Below, in pieces: positions 60,901-64,000 of a stretch of 64,000 bases of DNA (position 1 is the stretch's first letter; the number at the start of each line of letters is the position of its first letter). Below the pieces are notes generated by a model that had not been told where the DNA came from, made no database searches, and saw nothing but the letters and a program-made list of their open reading frames with translations. This DNA comes from Owenia fusiformis. Taxonomy: Eukaryota. The position numbers and the translations under genes are program-made. Location of the stretch: the NCBI GenBank assembly GCA_903813345.2, contig CAIIXF020000001.1, forward strand, positions 16,616,001-16,680,000. The letters are read 5' to 3'.

Positions 60901-63838
60901 CAAACTTTTTCTCAGTCAAAATCTATTCACTCTTCCACAAAACTTGTTCTGTGTCATATTGTGATTTACGTTTAGTAAGAAATTCTGCATGCCATAATAA
61001 ATTTATATGCAATATAATGTGAACAAAGTATAAAGTAGTCTTTAAGGTAATTAAACACTAATAAAGTATTGATAAATGGTATTTGTTTTCTTCTAAAATC
61101 ATGTAAATGTAAATAACCAATGGATTTAATGTTTTCTATGACCAAGACACACTGTAAGTTGCGGGTGCTCAAATGTGATTTTTAATGTTCATATGGTACA
61201 TGATTCTCATTTTCATTCCAGTATCTGGCAGCCAATGATATCACAGATCTCACCAGAGAAAACTTTGCATTCACACTCAAGGTGAAAGTCGGAACTTTTC
61301 TCGAGGCCAAACATGGAGAAGGGGAAAATGTGAGTTTTAATGAAAAATTAGCATAATAATTTGTATTAAAAATTTGTCAAAGATTTTCGGCAGAAAAACA
61401 TGCAACAAATAATATAATATTATTATTAGCCCTTAGAACCAGTCCAGAAGTGAGTTTTATAAAATGAAAAACTCTGTGACAAATCATTCCAAACAGTGTT
61501 TTAAGCCAGAAATCCCAATAAAGAAGGACATACTAGTATCTGTCATAAGAGTAAGAGATACTACACTAGTAAAACATCTGGATATTACCAAGCAGTTTTT
61601 TAGAAAAGCCATGAATAATAAACCATATGATTTAAATTTTATTTACCCCAGGGCTTTATTGAGTTGTCTGAAGATGACATGCTCGCCAAGTTTGCTGCAG
61701 TTCAACTGAAAAGACAAAAAGCAGCCGATCGATTAAAGAAGAAACGACAGCGGAAGAAAGATGCCCAGGAAACTGCTCGCAAGGCGATAGAATTAAAGAT
61801 GAAGCGAAGGGAAGAACAACAAGGTACAACTCAATTTCCAACTAATTTAGATCATACTTACTTATCTGAAATGCGTTCAAATCCATAGAGAACAAACCAA
61901 ATTTTGGTCTTTCATTGTAATCCAGTGTACAATGCACCATCTTGATTGCAAAATAAAAATTTATTTGTCACTAACTATCCAATAATGACATCACTTTTGT
62001 GCCCAGCGAATTAAAGTGCCCAGCGAATTATTTAATATTTCTGTCGTGCTTTATTTACAGAGTTGGCACGTAAAGTAACCGAAATGAAGGCAAAGAAGAG
62101 GGAGCAGAAACAACGACAGATAGATGAACAGAGACGGCAGAGACACGAGAGAGGTAGGATCATTTCTAAAGAATGATATCTTGTTATGTCGTGCAACTTC
62201 TATGGGAAGAATGGGAACAAAGTGATATGTATGGGATCACTTCTAAAACATGGGGACAAGTTGATAGGTTGACTTCTAAATAAATTATGGGGACATCAGT
62301 ATTGCTGACTACAAGGAATGGGGTGTTAAAATGGTACAGATACCACAGTGGCTAAACATTGTTTTTATATACATTGGCTTGATCTATCAGCTGTTGCAGA
62401 GAGACAACAAAAAGAGCAAATGAAACAATTGAAGATACAAGAAAAGCTGAAGAGGCAAGAGGCACTAAGGTTGGAGAGAGAAATGAGAGCTCATCAACTT
62501 TTAGAGGTATGTGACTTTTATTAACAAGAGCATTTGTAACTAACATATCAGAACTTAGTTTTACTTTTGATTCCCATGAAGAGCATTGCCTTGTAGAGAG
62601 TGCAAATATTTTTACCATTTTCAAAATCCGATTTAGTTTTGGTAAGAATTCAGTAACCTTGACCTATTACTTATAGTTAGTATTGTATAATTTTTTCATA
62701 AGCTTCCCCCATATTAATCCAGTGGATAATGCTAGAAATGTTTTAAAATGTGTGCTTTATATGTAGAGGCTTGTAGTTAATATGACAATGTATCAAGAAT
62801 GTATAATATACAAACATGTAATGTGCTTTAAGTAGTGTGTAGAATATGGCCCTAGATCAGTCATTGCAACACTTCATCCCATCATTTGCTGATGTAGAAT
62901 TTATTAAATCACATAAAACTTTGGCCCATCGAGTTCATTTTGCAATATGCAAGAGCAGTAATATTTACAAGGCGAGAACAAACTTCAGATGATAAAATAT
63001 ACTCATTTTATCCTCATTTTTGCATTGATTACACAAGTGTAACTTAATGTATTTTAGATTCAGTCCCATCACTTATGGTACTCCCCTCGTATTAGACAAA
63101 ATTATTACACAAATGAGTTAAGTTGAAAATTAAAAGCTTTTCACTTTTACATGAATTTGGGGCTACCAAATGTTTAATCTTAAAAAACATTTTAGCCACG
63201 GTGTTGGGTTCTGTTTTAACATTGCTTTTTATATTGTACTTACATAGTCAACTAACAACTTAAATCTTTAAGGTTTTGTAGTTGGGGATATAAAAACAAT
63301 GAGTAACATTTGCTTAATCGTTTATTATGATCATCTTTGAAGCTGAATTTTATGTACTGGTACATTCTTTGGTGTATGTCATCTCGAACACGGGCATCCA
63401 TCCGTTACAATCATCTGACAGTGGAAAAGGATAATTCTCAACTGAACCAAATGAAACATAATACAAGGGATTTTTGACTTTTGTTACAAGGGGGGGGGTC
63501 AGTGTTTGAATTTGTTAAACATACAGGCTTTTTGTATAGATTCAACTTCAAACCAAGGTGTATTGTAGGATGAAAATACCTCTTTTGTTTGCTTAATAGA
63601 GATCAACTTCTCTGAGACATTTCTCTAAACAGAGTGTAACCAATTGGATGGATGCGTTGTATTGTCCATTATAATCGTCCCCATTTTTTGTGCTGGAATT
63701 TTGCTTTGGATTTATTTGGTTGTATTTTTCTTTGCTCTGTCCTCCTGCTTACGCTGCATGCTGCATGTGTAGAAGCGACGTCTCAAGAAAGAGTTGATAG
63801 AGAGAGCAAAAGAAGAGGATATGATGAAAAAAATGAAG
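27960..63838 (+). CDS. BAZ2B: BAZ2A/BAZ2B (toutatis)-like bromodomain-adjacent-to-zinc-finger protein, 3'-partial
   Basis: Phase-consistent exons: 27960-28035, 41977-42165, 50400-50576, 51781-52181, 52714-52842, 53094-53477, 53588-53911, 57294-57468, 59684-59818, 60457-60526, 60744-60855, 61222-61329, 61652-61823, 62061-62153, 62391-62506, 63773-63838. Supporting motifs: AEWWR near the N-terminus, AT-hook GRGKGRPK, acidic Ser tracts, MBD/TAM domain, and coiled coil QEKLKRQEALRLEREMRAHQLLE. DDT/PHD/bromodomain would lie beyond the window. Small extra exons may have been missed. Confidence 0.85.
28812..29304. repeat. 41-bp minisatellite, about 12 copies
   Basis: Unit caagcatcaccatatatctattcaatacaaattgttttctt. 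Confidence 0.95.
42280..42459. mobile_element. Tc1/mariner-type MITE
   Basis: TA-cagtaaaacctgt...acaggttttactg-TA. Confidence 0.75.
44458..45300 (-). pseudogene. Tyrosine recombinase remnant of the Ngaro-like element
   Basis: AAQAPSTRKSYD N-terminus, RLPINTPLLEQM and YKCHSLRIGGATWASNLGLDDYTIIRLG (H-x-x-R box). Frameshifted. Confidence 0.9.
45470..46450 (-). pseudogene. RT/RNase H remnant of the Ngaro-like element
   Basis: TPVKPERLRYWLEGY..GF*YGF, KELEAGRI..PFDQPPF, PGEFCVIHNLSHP, TVKYATVQQAI, FTDASTTIGYG..WFKGEW..INILELYPIV and ILHSDNEAVV. The catalytic RT core appears deleted; stops and frameshifts present. Confidence 0.85.
46555..47300 (-). pseudogene. gag-like remnant of the Ngaro-like element
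   Basis: ILSFPEWVRAFSIFIAVYTQRF..PHLLKYI followed by a truncated Cys/His knuckle CPFNHTCPTC. Pro/Ser/Thr-rich upstream region. Confidence 0.6.
47400..47975. repeat. Internal AT-rich tandem array (100-bp units, then ~84-bp units) in the Ngaro-like element
   Basis: taaatatgatgcccataaggctaatc recurs at 47401, 47501 and 47601, followed by related shorter units. Confidence 0.85.
48140..48729 (-). pseudogene. Decayed SGNH/GDSL hydrolase-like ORF upstream of gag
   Basis: MPNVIRVSIIG-[frameshift]-SFVRK resembles block I (G-x-S); YPDMAILQLGKNDL resembles block III (G-x-N-D). Confidence 0.6.
50924..51114. mobile_element. Short palindromic MITE
   Basis: ctaagcttgtattcgtgaatacaa...gattaacctac pairs with gtaggttaatc...ttgcattcacgaatataagcttag. 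Confidence 0.65.
54003..55606. mobile_element. ORF-less miniature element with split direct repeats (putative non-autonomous YR retroelement)
   Basis: X (74 bp) at 54003-54076 and 54287-54360; Y (62 bp) at 54225-54286 and 55545-55606. Order is X-spacer-Y-X-body-Y. X and Y carry a 16-bp inverted repeat, tttcctaagtgacatc / gatgtcacttaggaaa. Confidence 0.7.
54325..57082. repeat. Near-perfect 1.37-kb tandem duplication
   Basis: 54325-55695 versus 55697-57082 (offset 1372). Differences seen: one substitution (gctctggc/gctgtggc) and one extra 15-bp gccccttgctcgggc unit. Each copy contains a ~50-bp tandem array. Confidence 0.95.
57559..58853 (+). mobile_element. Helentron-derived non-autonomous element (HINE-like), copy 2
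   Basis: T-run, subTIR atcccaccgaac (57565-57576), (ccgt)n and internal repeats with aaaatggcgg. 3' subTIR gttcggtgggat (58815-58826) is followed by the hairpin gctactc-cgta-gagttgc. Confidence 0.75.
57931..58377. mobile_element. PIF/Harbinger-type MITE nested in HINE copy 2
   Basis: TIR ggccataagaagta / tacttcttatggcc and TAA TSD (57928-57930, 58378-58380). Removing it restores the host repeat tctttgataactcaaatacc. Confidence 0.8.
59142..59641. repeat. Minisatellite with ~29-bp and ~35-bp unit variants
   Basis: tacattgcattgtatcatattggaaatta with or without cttgta. Confidence 0.95.
60219..60433. repeat. ~27-bp minisatellite
   Basis: atattgctttaatcgaatggaataaa(c/t), about 8 copies. Confidence 0.9.
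60457..61329 (+). CDS. BAZ2B: MBD/TAM-domain exons of the BAZ2-like gene
   Basis: Spliced translation KKRRVIDETEVRIPLEYGWRRETRIRSVSQRGFSGEVLYFAPCGKKLRTYQEVEKYLAANDITDLTRENFAFTLKVKVGTFLEAK is the characteristic BAZ2 MBD. Confidence 0.92.
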
Positions 63839-64000
63839 GTGGGTATTTGTATTGTATTGCTGTACAGCCTGGCGATAGTGTTATTTATTCAATGTTGGAA
63901 CCCTCGGGGAGGGGGGATAGTATAGGACACTGAAACATCAGTACATGAACAACATTTTTTCTATCACAATTTCTCTTGAATATATCATCAACATTAAAAC

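Overview
This is AT-rich, intron-containing animal genomic DNA. The repeat repertoire suggests an invertebrate, probably a mollusc (inference). Three protein genes lie on the + strand. (1) The last exon of a Kelch-repeat gene (to 488). (2) A complete 12-exon gene (3034-14656, about 1314 aa by my splice reconstruction) for a POM121-like transmembrane FG-nucleoporin. (3) The 5' part of a BAZ2A/BAZ2B (toutatis)-like gene (ATG 27960, AT-hook, MBD/TAM domain, coiled coil) that runs off the window end. Introns and intergenic DNA hold many non-autonomous transposons with readable ends: hAT-, piggyBac-, Harbinger- and Tc1-type MITEs, Helentron/HINE-like elements, and a 1.95-kb CAC...GTG element with a 5-bp TSD. 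The most notable items are in BAZ2 introns. One is a 6.8-kb Ngaro-type tyrosine-recombinase retroelement with identical split direct repeats, decayed gag/RT/RNaseH/YR and a decayed SGNH-hydrolase ORF upstream of gag. The other is an ORF-less 1.6-kb element with the same split-repeat layout, partly tandem-duplicated. I found no rRNA, tRNA or CRISPR. All family calls come from reading motifs by eye; no database searches were run.
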